Positions 27,531-37,323 of a stretch of DNA of 54,066 nt are shown piece by piece. How positions within the stretch are numbered: the first letter of the stretch is position 1; the number at the start of each line of letters is the position of its first letter. Location of the stretch: assembly GCA_964596615.1 (NCBI GenBank), contig CAZQUN010000007.1, forward strand, positions 1 through 54,066, read 5' to 3'. A program made the position numbers and the translations under genes. The notes under the pieces are model-generated. The model was not told where the DNA came from and did no database searches. It worked only from the letters and a program-made list of their open reading frames with translations. The DNA comes from an uncultured Candidatus Saccharibacteria bacterium (GTDB lineage: Bacteria; Patescibacteriota; Minisyncoccia; Portnoybacterales; UBA2143).

Positions 27531-29417
27531 ATGCTTTCCAAAATATTCAAATCACTAGTGCGTCACAAGTTTGTATCTCTGATAAGCCTCCTTATGATTA
27601 TCATTGGAGGTTATTTTGGCTATCAGGGATTAGCTAGAGATGATAATACCACACGATATGTGACCGCAGCGGTTGAAAAAGGCACCTTAATTGTTTCCAT
27701 CCCTGGAAGCGGCCAAGTATCGGCTTCTGACCAGGTAGATATTAAGCCAAAGGCCTCTGGCGATGTGGTTTATGTTGGCGTAGAAAAAGGGCAAGAAGTG
27801 AAAGCCGGTACTTTACTTGTTCAGATAGACAGCCGCGACGCTCAAAAAGCAGTCCGTGACGCCCAAACATCTTTGGAAACTGCCCAGCTTGAATTAGAGG
27901 AATTACTGGCGCCGGTTGACAAATATTCTTTGATGCAAGCGGAAAGTTCTTTGATTCAGGCGCAGGATAGTTTAACAAAGCTTAAATTTAATCAGGAAGC
28001 TCAATATCAAGATGCTTTAGATATTATAGAAAAAGCAGAGGATAATTTAACCAAAGGTTATGAAGACGGATTTAATACTGTTTCGGATGTTTTTCTTGAT
28101 TTGCCAGTAGTTATGTCAGGACTTGATGGTATGCTTTTAGGCAGCGATTTCAGCGATAATCAATGGAATATTGACTATTACGGGAATATGGCTACACATA
28201 ATAGCCAGATTTTGCAATACAAAAACAAAGCCCGTTCGGACTACAGCGCTGCTCGGGAGAGCTATGAACAAAACTCCGAGGACTATGTTGAATCCAGTCG
28301 GGATTCTGACCCAGCAGAGATTGAGACGCTTATTGACCAAATCTATGAGACAGTTAGAGATATCGCTGAAGCAGTTAAGAGCATTAAAAATCTAATTGAT
28401 TGTTATGAAGATACGGCTACCCAAGAGGGTCTAAAAGTGTCATCTCTTGTTTCAACTCATCAAGACAGCCTCAAGAATTATACGGGCACAACTAATCAGC
28501 ATTTATCAGCCCTTTTATCTACTCAAAGAAGCATTGAAGACAATAAGGAATCTATATTAAAAGCTGAACGAGATTTAAAAGAAATGGAGCAAAACAATCC
28601 GCTTGATTTGGCGGCGGCAGAGCGAAGCGTCAAGGAGAAAGAAGAATCCTTAACTAGATTAATAGCTGGGGCTGACGATTTTGATATCAGGGCCAAGAAA
28701 ATTGCCATTCAACAAAAAGAGGATGCTTTATTGAGTGCCCAACAAAGTTTAGCTGATCATTATGTCCGCGCGCCTTTTGACGGAATTGTCGCCAGTATAG
28801 ATGTAGAGACAGGGGAATCGGTTTCTTCAGGAGCGGTGGCTACTCTGATTACCAAACAAAAAATAGCCGAGATTGCTCTTAATGAAATTGATATTGCCCA
28901 AGTTGAAGCGGGACAAAAAGCAAACATTAGCTTTGATGCGATTGAGAACCTAAACATTACTGGAGAGGTAGTAGATGTAGATACCCTTGGGACAGTAACC
29001 CAAGGCGTAGTAACTTATGGGGTTAAGATTGCTTTTGATACTCAAGACGAGAGAATCAAGCCAGGCATGACTCTTTCCACCTCCATTATTACCCAAGCTA
29101 AACCAGATACACTTATGGTGCAGAGCTCGGCCATAAAACAACAGGGTGATATCTCGTATGTAGAATTAGTAGACGGGGTAGCCGCAGAATCTTACGCGGC
29201 CGCAGCCAATATCGCAAACGCTATCTCCGCTTCTGATTTAAGAGTTCAGTCAATCCAGACTGGTCTTTCTAATGATACTATGACTGAGGTTATTGACGGA
29301 CTTCAAGAAGGAGATTTGGTAGTGACTCAGACCATAAACTTAAATGCCACTCAAAATCAAACGCAGTCAAGTAGCGGGTTTGGGGGCAGCGGTCAAATGA
29401 TGAGGATGATACGCTAA
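27531..29417 (+). CDS. HlyD/MacA-family membrane-fusion protein with very long coiled coil
   Basis: N-terminal TM; split lipoyl motifs (GQEVKAGTLL, VRAPFDGIV); IKPGMT. Confidence 0.9.
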   Translation: MLSKIFKSLVRHKFVSLISLLMIIIGGYFGYQGLARDDNTTRYVTAAVEKGTLIVSIPGSGQVSASDQVDIKPKASGDVVYVGVEKGQEVKAGTLLVQIDSRDAQKAVRDAQTSLETAQLELEELLAPVDKYSLMQAESSLIQAQDSLTKLKFNQEAQYQDALDIIEKAEDNLTKGYEDGFNTVSDVFLDLPVVMSGLDGMLLGSDFSDNQWNIDYYGNMATHNSQILQYKNKARSDYSAARESYEQNSEDYVESSRDSDPAEIETLIDQIYETVRDIAEAVKSIKNLIDCYEDTATQEGLKVSSLVSTHQDSLKNYTGTTNQHLSALLSTQRSIEDNKESILKAERDLKEMEQNNPLDLAAAERSVKEKEESLTRLIAGADDFDIRAKKIAIQQKEDALLSAQQSLADHYVRAPFDGIVASIDVETGESVSSGAVATLITKQKIAEIALNEIDIAQVEAGQKANISFDAIENLNITGEVVDVDTLGTVTQGVVTYGVKIAFDTQDERIKPGMTLSTSIITQAKPDTLMVQSSAIKQQGDISYVELVDGVAAESYAAAANIANAISASDLRVQSIQTGLSNDTMTEVIDGLQEGDLVVTQTINLNATQNQTQSSSGFGGSGQMMRMIR

Positions 29418-29422
29418 AGATT

Positions 29423-30136
29423 ATGATTGAATGCAAAGATATCAATAAAATTTATCAAAGCGGAAGCGTAGAGACCAAGGCGCTTAAGAGCGTTTCTTTC
29501 AAAATTGAGCAAGGCGAGTTCGTGGCGATTATGGGCCCTTCTGGTTCTGGTAAGTCCACCCTAATGCATATCTTGGGTTGTTTAGATACACCAACCAGCG
29601 GAAACTATTTTTTAGATGAACAAGATGTCTCCCAGCTTTCTGATGAGGACCTGGCTGATATTCGTAAGAATAAAATCGGTTTTGTTTTTCAATCATTTAA
29701 TTTGCTGCCTCGGGCAACCGTGCTTCGTAATGTTGTTTTGCCTCTTGTTTACGCGGGTATTCCGCGCGAAAAGAGAGAAGAGCAAGCAAAAATAGTGCTT
29801 CAAGAAGCCGGGCTTGAAGAATCTCATTTTTACCATCTTTCTAATCAACTCTCTGGCGGAGAAATGCAAAGAGTAGCCATTGCTAGAGCTTTAGTTAATA
29901 ATCCTTCACTGGTTTTAGCTGATGAGCCAACTGGCAACCTTGATACCAAAACAGGCAAAATTGTTTTAGAAACATTTCAAAAACTTAACACTGAACAGAA
30001 ACGAACAATTGTGCTTATTACTCACGAACGTTATGTGGCTGAACACGCCAATCGAATTATCCATATTATTGACGGCAAGATTGTAGAGGATAGCCAGAAT
30101 CAACATCAACGTTTTGTTAATCATAAAGCAACATGA
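29423..30136 (+). CDS. ABC transporter ATP-binding subunit (MacB/LolD type)
   Basis: [30 protein letters not shown]. Confidence 0.95.
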   Translation: MIECKDINKIYQSGSVETKALKSVSFKIEQGEFVAIMGPSGSGKSTLMHILGCLDTPTSGNYFLDEQDVSQLSDEDLADIRKNKIGFVFQSFNLLPRATVLRNVVLPLVYAGIPREKREEQAKIVLQEAGLEESHFYHLSNQLSGGEMQRVAIARALVNNPSLVLADEPTGNLDTKTGKIVLETFQKLNTEQKRTIVLITHERYVAEHANRIIHIIDGKIVEDSQNQHQRFVNHKAT

Positions 30137-31356
30137 TAATTTCAGATTTATTCCAAGAAACATATTCAGCTATATCAATGAACAAAGTTAGGTCAGGCCT
30201 GACCATTTTAGGCATTATTATCGGCATTGGTTCAGTGGTAGCCATGATTTCTATTGGACAAGGCGCCCAAGGACAGATTCAGTCAAGTATTGAAACGATT
30301 GGTTCAAATTTAATTATAATTATGCCTGGATTTCAGATGGGGCCGGGTTCGCAAGTGAGTTCTGGCCGAGGTTCTGCCCAAACCCTTACCCAGGAAGACG
30401 CTAGCGCCATCTCTGAACAGGTTTCTTTTGTAGAAGCTGTGGCTCCTGAAATCTCAAGCAGATACCAGATTACTGCTAAAGGAACAAATACCAATACTTC
30501 AGTAATTGGCACAGTGGCTTCCTATGGCCAAGTAAGAAATGTTGAAATAGCATTAGGTTCGTTTATTTCTGATCAGCATGTAAGAAGTTTATCGAAAGTA
30601 GCGGTCTTGGGTCCAACAACCCGTGATGATTTGTTTGGAGAAAACGCAAATCCAGTTGGACAAAAGATAAGAATTAATAGAATTGACTTTACAGTTATTG
30701 GTGTTACTCAAGCCAAAGGTGGAACTGGCTTTGGTAGTCAAGATGATATGATTCTAATCCCGCTTTCTACAGCTCAAAGATTCTTAACTGGCAGTGATTA
30801 CCTTAGCACCATCAGCATCCAGGCCCAAGCTCCCGATTATATGGCCAGTGTTCAGCAGCAAGTAACCAATCTTTTATTAGTCCAACATAATATCTCTGAT
30901 CCTCAAATGGCTGATTTTTCTGTAATGAATCAAGCAGATATTGTTGAGACAGCCTCTTCGGTGACTAATACTTTTACCGTTCTTTTAGCGGCCATTGCTG
31001 GTATTTCCTTGGTAGTAGGTGGAATTGGAATTATGAATATGATGTTGACCACAGTGACGGAACGAACGCGGGAAATCGGTCTTCGCAAAGCCATTGGCGC
31101 CAAAAACAAAGATATTAGTTTTCAATTCTTAGCTGAAGCAACCATGTTGACTTTTATTGGTGGAGTGGCTGGCGTTATTTTCGGTTGGCTAATTTCTTTA
31201 TTAATTTCAAAATTCGGTGATATTGCCACCAGTGTCTCAGTATTTTCTATTATTTTGGCTTTTGGCGTCTCGGCCGCTATCGGAATCGGCTTTGGTTATT
31301 ATCCAGCCAGACGAGCTGCCTCGTTGAAGCCAATAGAAGCCTTGAGATATGAGTAA
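30133..31356 (+). CDS. ABC transporter permease (MacB/YknZ, FtsX domain)
   Basis: LTILGIIIGIGSVV, GGIGIMNMML..VTERTREIGLRKAIGA, PARRAA..PIEALRYE. Confidence 0.95.
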   Translation: MIISDLFQETYSAISMNKVRSGLTILGIIIGIGSVVAMISIGQGAQGQIQSSIETIGSNLIIIMPGFQMGPGSQVSSGRGSAQTLTQEDASAISEQVSFVEAVAPEISSRYQITAKGTNTNTSVIGTVASYGQVRNVEIALGSFISDQHVRSLSKVAVLGPTTRDDLFGENANPVGQKIRINRIDFTVIGVTQAKGGTGFGSQDDMILIPLSTAQRFLTGSDYLSTISIQAQAPDYMASVQQQVTNLLLVQHNISDPQMADFSVMNQADIVETASSVTNTFTVLLAAIAGISLVVGGIGIMNMMLTTVTERTREIGLRKAIGAKNKDISFQFLAEATMLTFIGGVAGVIFGWLISLLISKFGDIATSVSVFSIILAFGVSAAIGIGFGYYPARRAASLKPIEALRYE

Positions 31357-31406
31357 GAAATCGCTTAGTCGAGCGATTGAAAGATAAACTATAACAAAAC
31401 ATTAAC

Positions 31407-31883
31407 ATGAAAAAATTATTACCAATTATTATTGCGATTATTATCATCGGCGGAGGGGCATTTTACGGAGGCATGAAATATGCTCAAAGTAATTCGCCAG
31501 CTGGCGGAGCGCAAGGTTTTAACCAAGGCGATTTTGAAGAATTACGTAATTTATCAGCCGAAGAAAGACAAGAGAGATTTGAGCAAACGGGTTCAGCTGG
31601 AATGATCGCAATGAGAGGCACCAGGTCAGGAGACGGAACTGGTTCTGATTTTGCTAATGGAGAGATTATTTCAAAAGATGAATCAAGTATTACTATAAAG
31701 CTTCCTGATGGCGGCTCAAAGATTGTTTTTTATTCAGACAGTACTGAGGTAGGTAAATTTACAAACGGAACTTCAGATGATCTGGAGATCGGGAAGTCAG
31801 TAATGGTAAATGGGGAGGCGAACGAAGATGGTAGTGTTACCGCTCAGTCAATTCAATTGAGACCAGAAACCCCATCGCAGTAG
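31407..31883 (+). CDS. Membrane-anchored OB-fold-like hypothetical protein
   Basis: N-terminal TM; GEII..D..SITIKL.DGGSKIV; typical companion of such exporters in CPR. Confidence 0.7.
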   Translation: MKKLLPIIIAIIIIGGGAFYGGMKYAQSNSPAGGAQGFNQGDFEELRNLSAEERQERFEQTGSAGMIAMRGTRSGDGTGSDFANGEIISKDESSITIKLPDGGSKIVFYSDSTEVGKFTNGTSDDLEIGKSVMVNGEANEDGSVTAQSIQLRPETPSQ

Positions 31884-31951
31884 CCGTAAGACAACCTTTA
31901 GGTACTTGATAAATAGGTTCTCACTTGTTTTATTCTGCGGAGCTGAGTTAT

Positions 31952-31980
31952 AAAGCCGCATTATTATGCGGTTTTGTTTT
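31952..31980 (+). terminator. Rho-independent terminator
   Basis: AAAGCCGCAT-TATT-ATGCGGTTTT followed by GTTTT. Confidence 0.65.
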
Positions 31981-32037
31981 CACCTCGAGCTGGACGTTAG
32001 AGCCTAAACAGGTTTTTGAATTGTGGATAATTGATGT

Positions 32038-32071
32038 TTGACAAAATGTAGTTATGGGCATATGCTTAAAA
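32038..32071 (+). promoter_or_regulatory. Sigma70 promoter overlapped by a palindromic operator
   Basis: TTGACA-17 nt-TATGCT, with the dyad TTATGGGCATATGCTTAAAA (32052-32071) covering the -10. Confidence 0.6.
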
Positions 32072-32129
32072 TAGATAGTTAATATAAAGGGTCGGGCTAT
32101 CATAATTAACTTATTTAGGCAAAAAACAT

Positions 32130-32405
32130 ATGCCAAGATATAATGGAACAGGTCCTTTGGGTCGTGGTTCTGGTACTGGTTGGGGCATGGGTCCTTGCGG
32201 TGGAGGCATGGCTTATGGTCGTCGAGGCGGAGGTCGTGGTCAAGGATTCGGCTGGAGAAGATTTTGGGGATATTATCCTGCTCCTAACCTTTCTAAAAAA
32301 GAAGAAGCAGGAATACTTTCAGAAGAAGCCCAGATTTTAGAAGAGGAACTTAAAGACATTAAGTCCCGCCTAGCCCAGCTCAGGGGACAAAATAAAATTA
32401 AATAG
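32130..32405 (+). CDS. DUF5320-like Gly/Arg-rich protein
   Basis: MP..NGTGP.G.G..TGWGMGPC N-terminus and C-terminal coiled coil. Confidence 0.8.
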   Translation: MPRYNGTGPLGRGSGTGWGMGPCGGGMAYGRRGGGRGQGFGWRRFWGYYPAPNLSKKEEAGILSEEAQILEEELKDIKSRLAQLRGQNKIK

Positions 32406-32414
32406 GAGAATACT

Positions 32415-32753
32415 ATGAAAATAGCAACAAGTTCAACAGATAAAAACATTGAAAGTAATGTCTCTGATATTTTTGGCAGATGTCCATATTTTATTATCGC
32501 TGAAATTAAAGATAATAAAATAGAAAAAACCGAAGCCATAAAAAATGAGAGCATAGATCAAATGAGCGGAGCTGGTATTTCTACAGCTCAATTGATGGCA
32601 GAAAAAAATGTTAATGCTGTAATAACTGGCAATGTGGGTCCGAGAGCTTTAGATGTATTGAATCAATTTAATGTCGAAGTCTATTTCGGAGAGGGAGTTG
32701 TAAAAGATGTTTTACAAGGATTTATAGACAAGAAACTCAAAAAAGTAAATTGA
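32415..32753 (+). CDS. NifB/NifX-family (FeMo-cofactor-binding-like) protein
   Basis: FGRCPYF, GAGI..AQ, VITGNVGPRA. Confidence 0.9.
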   Translation: MKIATSSTDKNIESNVSDIFGRCPYFIIAEIKDNKIEKTEAIKNESIDQMSGAGISTAQLMAEKNVNAVITGNVGPRALDVLNQFNVEVYFGEGVVKDVLQGFIDKKLKKVN

Positions 32754-32754
32754 G

Positions 32755-33114
32755 ATGAAAATAGTTGTCCCAACAAATTCTAAAAAAGGCTTGGATGACA
32801 AAATAGCCGAGCATTTTGGTCGGTGTTTGACTTACACTTTTCTTAATGAAAAAGGTGAAGTAATTGAAATTATAGACAATATCAGCGAGCATATGGGGGG
32901 AACTGGTTTGCCTCCTGAATTAATGAAAAAGCATGGGGCAAACGTTTTATTGTGCAGAGGTCTTGGCCCAAGAGCGATTGATTTATGTAAGGAATTAGGA
33001 ATTGATGTCTATGTTTATCAAGTAGATACAGTCAGAGATATTTTTGAGTTGTGGCAGAGTAATAAACTTAAGAAAGCAGGCGTAGAAGACGCTTGCGAAC
33101 AACATAAAGTATGA
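32755..33114 (+). CDS. NifB/NifX-family protein
   Basis: HFGRC, NISEHMGG, LCRGLGPRA. Confidence 0.9.
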   Translation: MKIVVPTNSKKGLDDKIAEHFGRCLTYTFLNEKGEVIEIIDNISEHMGGTGLPPELMKKHGANVLLCRGLGPRAIDLCKELGIDVYVYQVDTVRDIFELWQSNKLKKAGVEDACEQHKV

Positions 33115-33983
33115 AAATTGCGATTACCGGTGGCAAAGGAGGAACAGGCAAATCATTAGTGGCGACTTCTTTAGCGGTTGAATTTGCTAAAAATAGCAAG
33201 ACCGCTCTTTTGGATGTTGATGTAGAGTGTCCCAATGACCATCTCCTACTTTCTGTTAAAAGGAAACAATTTACTAAAATCTATCAACCCATACCAAAAT
33301 GGGACTTTAACAAATGCACAAAATGCGGTCAGTGTGCTTCTGTTTGTAAACAGAATGCGATTGTTTTTGTTAAAAATAAATACCCAGCTTTTGTCAAAGA
33401 TATTTGTATTGGCTGTAAGGCTTGTATTGTTGCTTGTCCGCAAAACGCTATTTCTGAAACAAAAAAAGAGATTGGCACAATTTATACAGGGAAGAATTAT
33501 AACGTAGATTTAATTACAGGCGAGCTTAAGTTAGGAGAATTGGCTTCTGGTGAGGTGGTAGCTGAAGTTAGAAAATACTCTGAAAAGATTAACGAAAAAT
33601 TAAAGGCCGAGATTATTTTAATTGATTCTGCAGCTGGAATTGGCTGTCCTGTAATTGCTTCATTAGTTGGTACGGATTATATTGTCGCGGTTACCGAGCC
33701 CACTCCCTCTGCCTTGCATGATTTAAAACGAGTTTTGTATTTAGCTAATCATTTCCAAATTAAGCATGGAATTGTTATTAATAAATATGATTTAGCTAAA
33801 AAATTCTGTTCAAAGATAGAAAAATTTGCCAGAGAAAATAACATTGCCATTATCGGTAAGATTCCTTATAGAAAGGATTTTGTTGATTCAACTATAAAAA
33901 TGAAGCCAGTAGTTGAAATTAATCCATATTATCAAAAATTATTTCAAAAAATTATTAATCAAATAAATTTAGCAATAAAATGA
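33111..33983 (+). CDS. MinD-superfamily P-loop ATPase with inserted 2x[4Fe-4S] ferredoxin
   Basis: GGKGGTGKS, DVDVECPN, two CxxCxxCxxxC motifs, GIGCPVIAS, VTEPT. Confidence 0.92.
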   Translation: MKIAITGGKGGTGKSLVATSLAVEFAKNSKTALLDVDVECPNDHLLLSVKRKQFTKIYQPIPKWDFNKCTKCGQCASVCKQNAIVFVKNKYPAFVKDICIGCKACIVACPQNAISETKKEIGTIYTGKNYNVDLITGELKLGELASGEVVAEVRKYSEKINEKLKAEIILIDSAAGIGCPVIASLVGTDYIVAVTEPTPSALHDLKRVLYLANHFQIKHGIVINKYDLAKKFCSKIEKFARENNIAIIGKIPYRKDFVDSTIKMKPVVEINPYYQKLFQKIINQINLAIK

Positions 33984-35029
33984 AAGAAAAAGTAGCCCTA
34001 ATTTCAATATTGGCTAATGTATTTTTAGCTGGAGGCAAGCTAATAGCTGGATTTATAGCTGGTTCTGGTGCTGTTTTTGCCGAGGGTTTGCACTCAGGGA
34101 TGGATATATTATCTTCTGGAATAAGCTTTGTTGGCATTAAAATAGCTAAAAAGCCAGTAGACAAAAAACATCCTTACGGCCATTACAAATTTGAGGTTAT
34201 GGCTGGGTTGATAATAACTATAATTCTGTTTTTAACAGGAGGGTTTATTCTGGTGGAATCAATTCGTGAATTCCGAAATCCATCACCAGTGACTATTGGG
34301 TATTTAGCGTTAGGCGTAATGTTGGCCTCAGCTATAGTTAATGAAATTATGGCCAGGTTGAAAATTCATTATGGGAAAAAAGAAAATTCAGTTTCTTTGT
34401 TATCTGACGGAGTCCATTCCAAAGTTGATGTTTATACTTCATTAGTGATTTTAGTAGGATTATTTTTAACTAATTACTGGATTTATATTGATTCGGTTTT
34501 GGCATTACTCATCGGTATATATATCATCAAAGAATCATTTTCATTAGGTAAAGAAGCGGTTGATTCATTGCTTGATGTTTCAGCTGGAGATGAAATAGAA
34601 GAAAAAATAAAATCAATTGCCAAAACACAAAATATTGAGATGGATTCTTTAAAAACACAGAAAAAAGGTTCTGCTGTGACTGCTAATTTAGAAATAAATT
34701 TACCGAGCAATTTAAGCGTAGAAGAAGCGACTAAAATTTCTAATAACTTAAGAGAAAAGCTTATAAAAGCAGTAGAAGCTCTTGAATATGTTGCTATTCA
34801 AATTACCAGCCACGAAGTAGAAACTAGTTTTTACAAACCTGATTTTGGTAAGGGTTTTGGCTGGCAAAGAAGAGGCCGATTTAAAGATAAAATAAAAGAA
34901 GCGACCGGGAAAGGGCCGAGTGGTTATTGTGTTTGTAAGAAGTGTGGCTATAAAACACTGCATCAGAGAGGAATTCCTTGTTCAACTTTAAAATGCCCGA
35001 CTTGTGATATAAATTTAGAGAGAAAATAA
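33980..35029 (+). CDS. Cation diffusion facilitator (CDF) transporter with C-terminal Cys-rich Zn-ribbon extension
   Basis: HSGMD, HPYGHYKFE, HSKVD; C-terminal GPSGYCVCKKCG..H.RG.PC...CPTC. Confidence 0.9.
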   Translation: MKEKVALISILANVFLAGGKLIAGFIAGSGAVFAEGLHSGMDILSSGISFVGIKIAKKPVDKKHPYGHYKFEVMAGLIITIILFLTGGFILVESIREFRNPSPVTIGYLALGVMLASAIVNEIMARLKIHYGKKENSVSLLSDGVHSKVDVYTSLVILVGLFLTNYWIYIDSVLALLIGIYIIKESFSLGKEAVDSLLDVSAGDEIEEKIKSIAKTQNIEMDSLKTQKKGSAVTANLEINLPSNLSVEEATKISNNLREKLIKAVEALEYVAIQITSHEVETSFYKPDFGKGFGWQRRGRFKDKIKEATGKGPSGYCVCKKCGYKTLHQRGIPCSTLKCPTCDINLERK

Positions 35030-35030
35030 T

Positions 35031-35312
35031 ATGCCTAGGCCGAAACTTTATAGAAGAATAAGATTTAATCCAAATATAACTTACTTTAAGCCTCAGGGCG
35101 TGCCAATGAGGTTTTTAGATATAATTGAATTAACTACTGAAGAAGTGGAGGCATTAAGACTAAAAAATGCAGAAGATTTAGATCAAAGCGAAGCTGCCAA
35201 GATGATGAAAACTTCTCGTAGCACCTTTCAAAGAATTTTAACTTCAGCCTGTAAGAAAATAACCAAAGCTCTAATTGAAGGTAAGGCGATAAAAATTATA
35301 AATGTTGAATAA
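35031..35312 (+). CDS. DUF134 (UPF0251) HTH regulator
   Basis: MPRPK..R.I, YFKPQGVP, EEVEALRL, Q.EAA..M..SR.TFQRIL. Confidence 0.9.
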   Translation: MPRPKLYRRIRFNPNITYFKPQGVPMRFLDIIELTTEEVEALRLKNAEDLDQSEAAKMMKTSRSTFQRILTSACKKITKALIEGKAIKIINVE

Positions 35313-35409
35313 TGCTATCAAGATAGTTATATTTCTTTATATTAACAAGCCCATTAAATAGATTCTGGCTTGTTTTAGTCTGTGACAATAAAAATTAATA
35401 ATAGTCTTA

Positions 35410-37323
35410 TTAATCACCTTTATAGGCTTCCAAAAACTTAACTGTTTCTTTTTGTTTTTTAATGGCTTTCTTGGCGGAGTTTTCTGTTGGTATAAGAAGT
35501 TTTTCAAGTGGTGAGATGTCAGTTAAAATAGAGATTGATTTGAGTGATTTTTTAGCTGCCTCAACGTGTTCTAAAACTTTATTACTAATATCGTTAATCA
35601 TCTCAAACCAGAAAATTCTTTGAAGTTTAGCGATGTCTTTTTCAAAATTCAGGACGGTTTGATGTTCTAATTTCTTGAATATTTCAGCGACTACACTATT
35701 AATCTGCCCAATTTTAAGGTCTTTTTCCCAATCGTGAGCATCGTCATTAAGTTGTCTGGCGGTCAGATAATGTTTAAAGAATAAGATTAAATTTTTAACT
35801 TCTCTGGAATTTTCTGTATAACCGAGCGAGAATAAAATGGCGGCTGGGCCAAGAGCGTGAGCCAGCGAGCGTTCGCTTAACTTGTTAAAATTATCATAAT
35901 CAGGAATATTTTCAGGCAGATAGAGTTTAGAGCCAGAGACAAGGGTGCGGCAGTGGGTAGCCTCCCAAGTATTGGCTGAATCAAGTGTGTCCATAATCTG
36001 ATGAAAAAATGAATAAAATTTGGATTCTAACGGAAGAATCTTATTAAAAATAGAAGTGAATTCGCGCAAACAAACATTAGCCGTAGAAATAAGCTTGGGG
36101 TCACCTTCTTCGTCTAAAAAGTCGTCATAGATAGTATAAGCCATCCAGAGATATAGATTAGCCAATCCGAGCTGCTTAATCATCTTATTAGAAATATTCT
36201 CTCCCTTTTGGCTAAGAGAATTTTTGAAAAAATAAGAGAGTAAGACGATCTGTTTATCTTTATCGGCTTTGATTACTTTTGAAAGTATTTTCCGGGTTTG
36301 TTCTTCAAGGTCTTTTTCAAGAGAAGAAAATCTTTGCTTGGCTAATTTAATTATTTGAGCATACATTTTCTGCTCTTTTTTTATTTCATTTCTTGTTGCT
36401 GTGCTAATTTTTTTAATTCGTTGATTGTTAAAAATAGTTAGTGCCTTTAACCAGAGAGCGGTTGTTAGGGCAGGTGAGCCAAGAGATATTGATTGGTTAT
36501 TTTGAAGATAAACACTGAGGTAAGTAGGATATGGTTTTTGCCAAATATCAATTTGAGAGTTAATTAAATACTTAATACTGCCCTCCATTTTACTTAAAGA
36601 GAGATTAAAATTAAATAGAGCTAAAATAGCCAAGGCAGTATTAAGAGGATTATCCCATTGCCCGTAATTATTTTGTTTTGATAAAAGATAATTAATTATT
36701 TCTTTCCGTTTGTTTTTGTAAAACTGCGAGAGAGAATAGATGATTAGATAGGGAGTGGGATAAAAGGACGAATGGAAATTTTCAGATTCAATAGCCGAGT
36801 CGATCAGCTTATTAAGTTCAGGCAGAGTGACATCTTGTAAAAAAAGAAAGTGAGCAATATTAATATTAGTGGCCAGGTCAATTTGTTGATTGGTTTTTTC
36901 TTTCAGATTGAGCCAACTATAATAAGGACCACCTTCTTTTTCTTCTAGACCAGTCAGAAGCATTAGGATTCTAGCGATGGCTGAACCATCAATTAAATCG
37001 GGATTGTATTGCGTTAGGGCTGATAAAGTGCAGAAAGTAGCACTGAGATTGTCTGGTAGTGATTTTGTTTGTTCTAAATCACGGGCCCAGAAATTAAACG
37101 ACCATTGTTTGCTTTTTTGAGATAAAAGAAATTCCACAATTTTTCGTTTAACTGTCTGGATTTGTGGTGTTTCTATTTTATCTAAACAGGGAAGAATCAG
37201 GGCAGTAGAGAATATTGAGTGATAAGTATTATTATTGTCAAAATCTAAAAAACTGCCATTGTCTCGTTGTTGTTGGATGAGAAAGTTAGTTCCTTGATTG
37301 ATTAACTGATTAATTTTGTTCAT
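35410..37323 (-). CDS. Fusion of a prenyltransferase/class II terpene-cyclase-like alpha/alpha-barrel domain and a class I isoprenoid-synthase-fold (ComQ-like) domain
   Basis: QW-type repeats (FLIQQQRDNGSF, FLLSQKSKQWSF, YLLSKQNNYGQW), a degenerate DxDD (PDNLSAT), and C-terminal YDDFLDEE and RQLNDDAHDW. ATG 37323 overlaps the kinase stop. Confidence 0.75.
   Translation of the reverse strand: MNKINQLINQGTNFLIQQQRDNGSFLDFDNNNTYHSIFSTALILPCLDKIETPQIQTVKRKIVEFLLSQKSKQWSFNFWARDLEQTKSLPDNLSATFCTLSALTQYNPDLIDGSAIARILMLLTGLEEKEGGPYYSWLNLKEKTNQQIDLATNINIAHFLFLQDVTLPELNKLIDSAIESENFHSSFYPTPYLIIYSLSQFYKNKRKEIINYLLSKQNNYGQWDNPLNTALAILALFNFNLSLSKMEGSIKYLINSQIDIWQKPYPTYLSVYLQNNQSISLGSPALTTALWLKALTIFNNQRIKKISTATRNEIKKEQKMYAQIIKLAKQRFSSLEKDLEEQTRKILSKVIKADKDKQIVLLSYFFKNSLSQKGENISNKMIKQLGLANLYLWMAYTIYDDFLDEEGDPKLISTANVCLREFTSIFNKILPLESKFYSFFHQIMDTLDSANTWEATHCRTLVSGSKLYLPENIPDYDNFNKLSERSLAHALGPAAILFSLGYTENSREVKNLILFFKHYLTARQLNDDAHDWEKDLKIGQINSVVAEIFKKLEHQTVLNFEKDIAKLQRIFWFEMINDISNKVLEHVEAAKKSLKSISILTDISPLEKLLIPTENSAKKAIKKQKETVKFLEAYKGD

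Noticed and set aside
27531-31356. MacAB-like exporter as the transporter of the prenylated peptide
   Set aside because: It is under separate ECF-type promoters, on the opposite strand and separated by another operon; only proximity supports the link.
32415-33114. Nitrogen fixation genes
   Set aside because: Stand-alone NifB/NifX-domain proteins are widespread in non-diazotrophs; no nifHDK is present.
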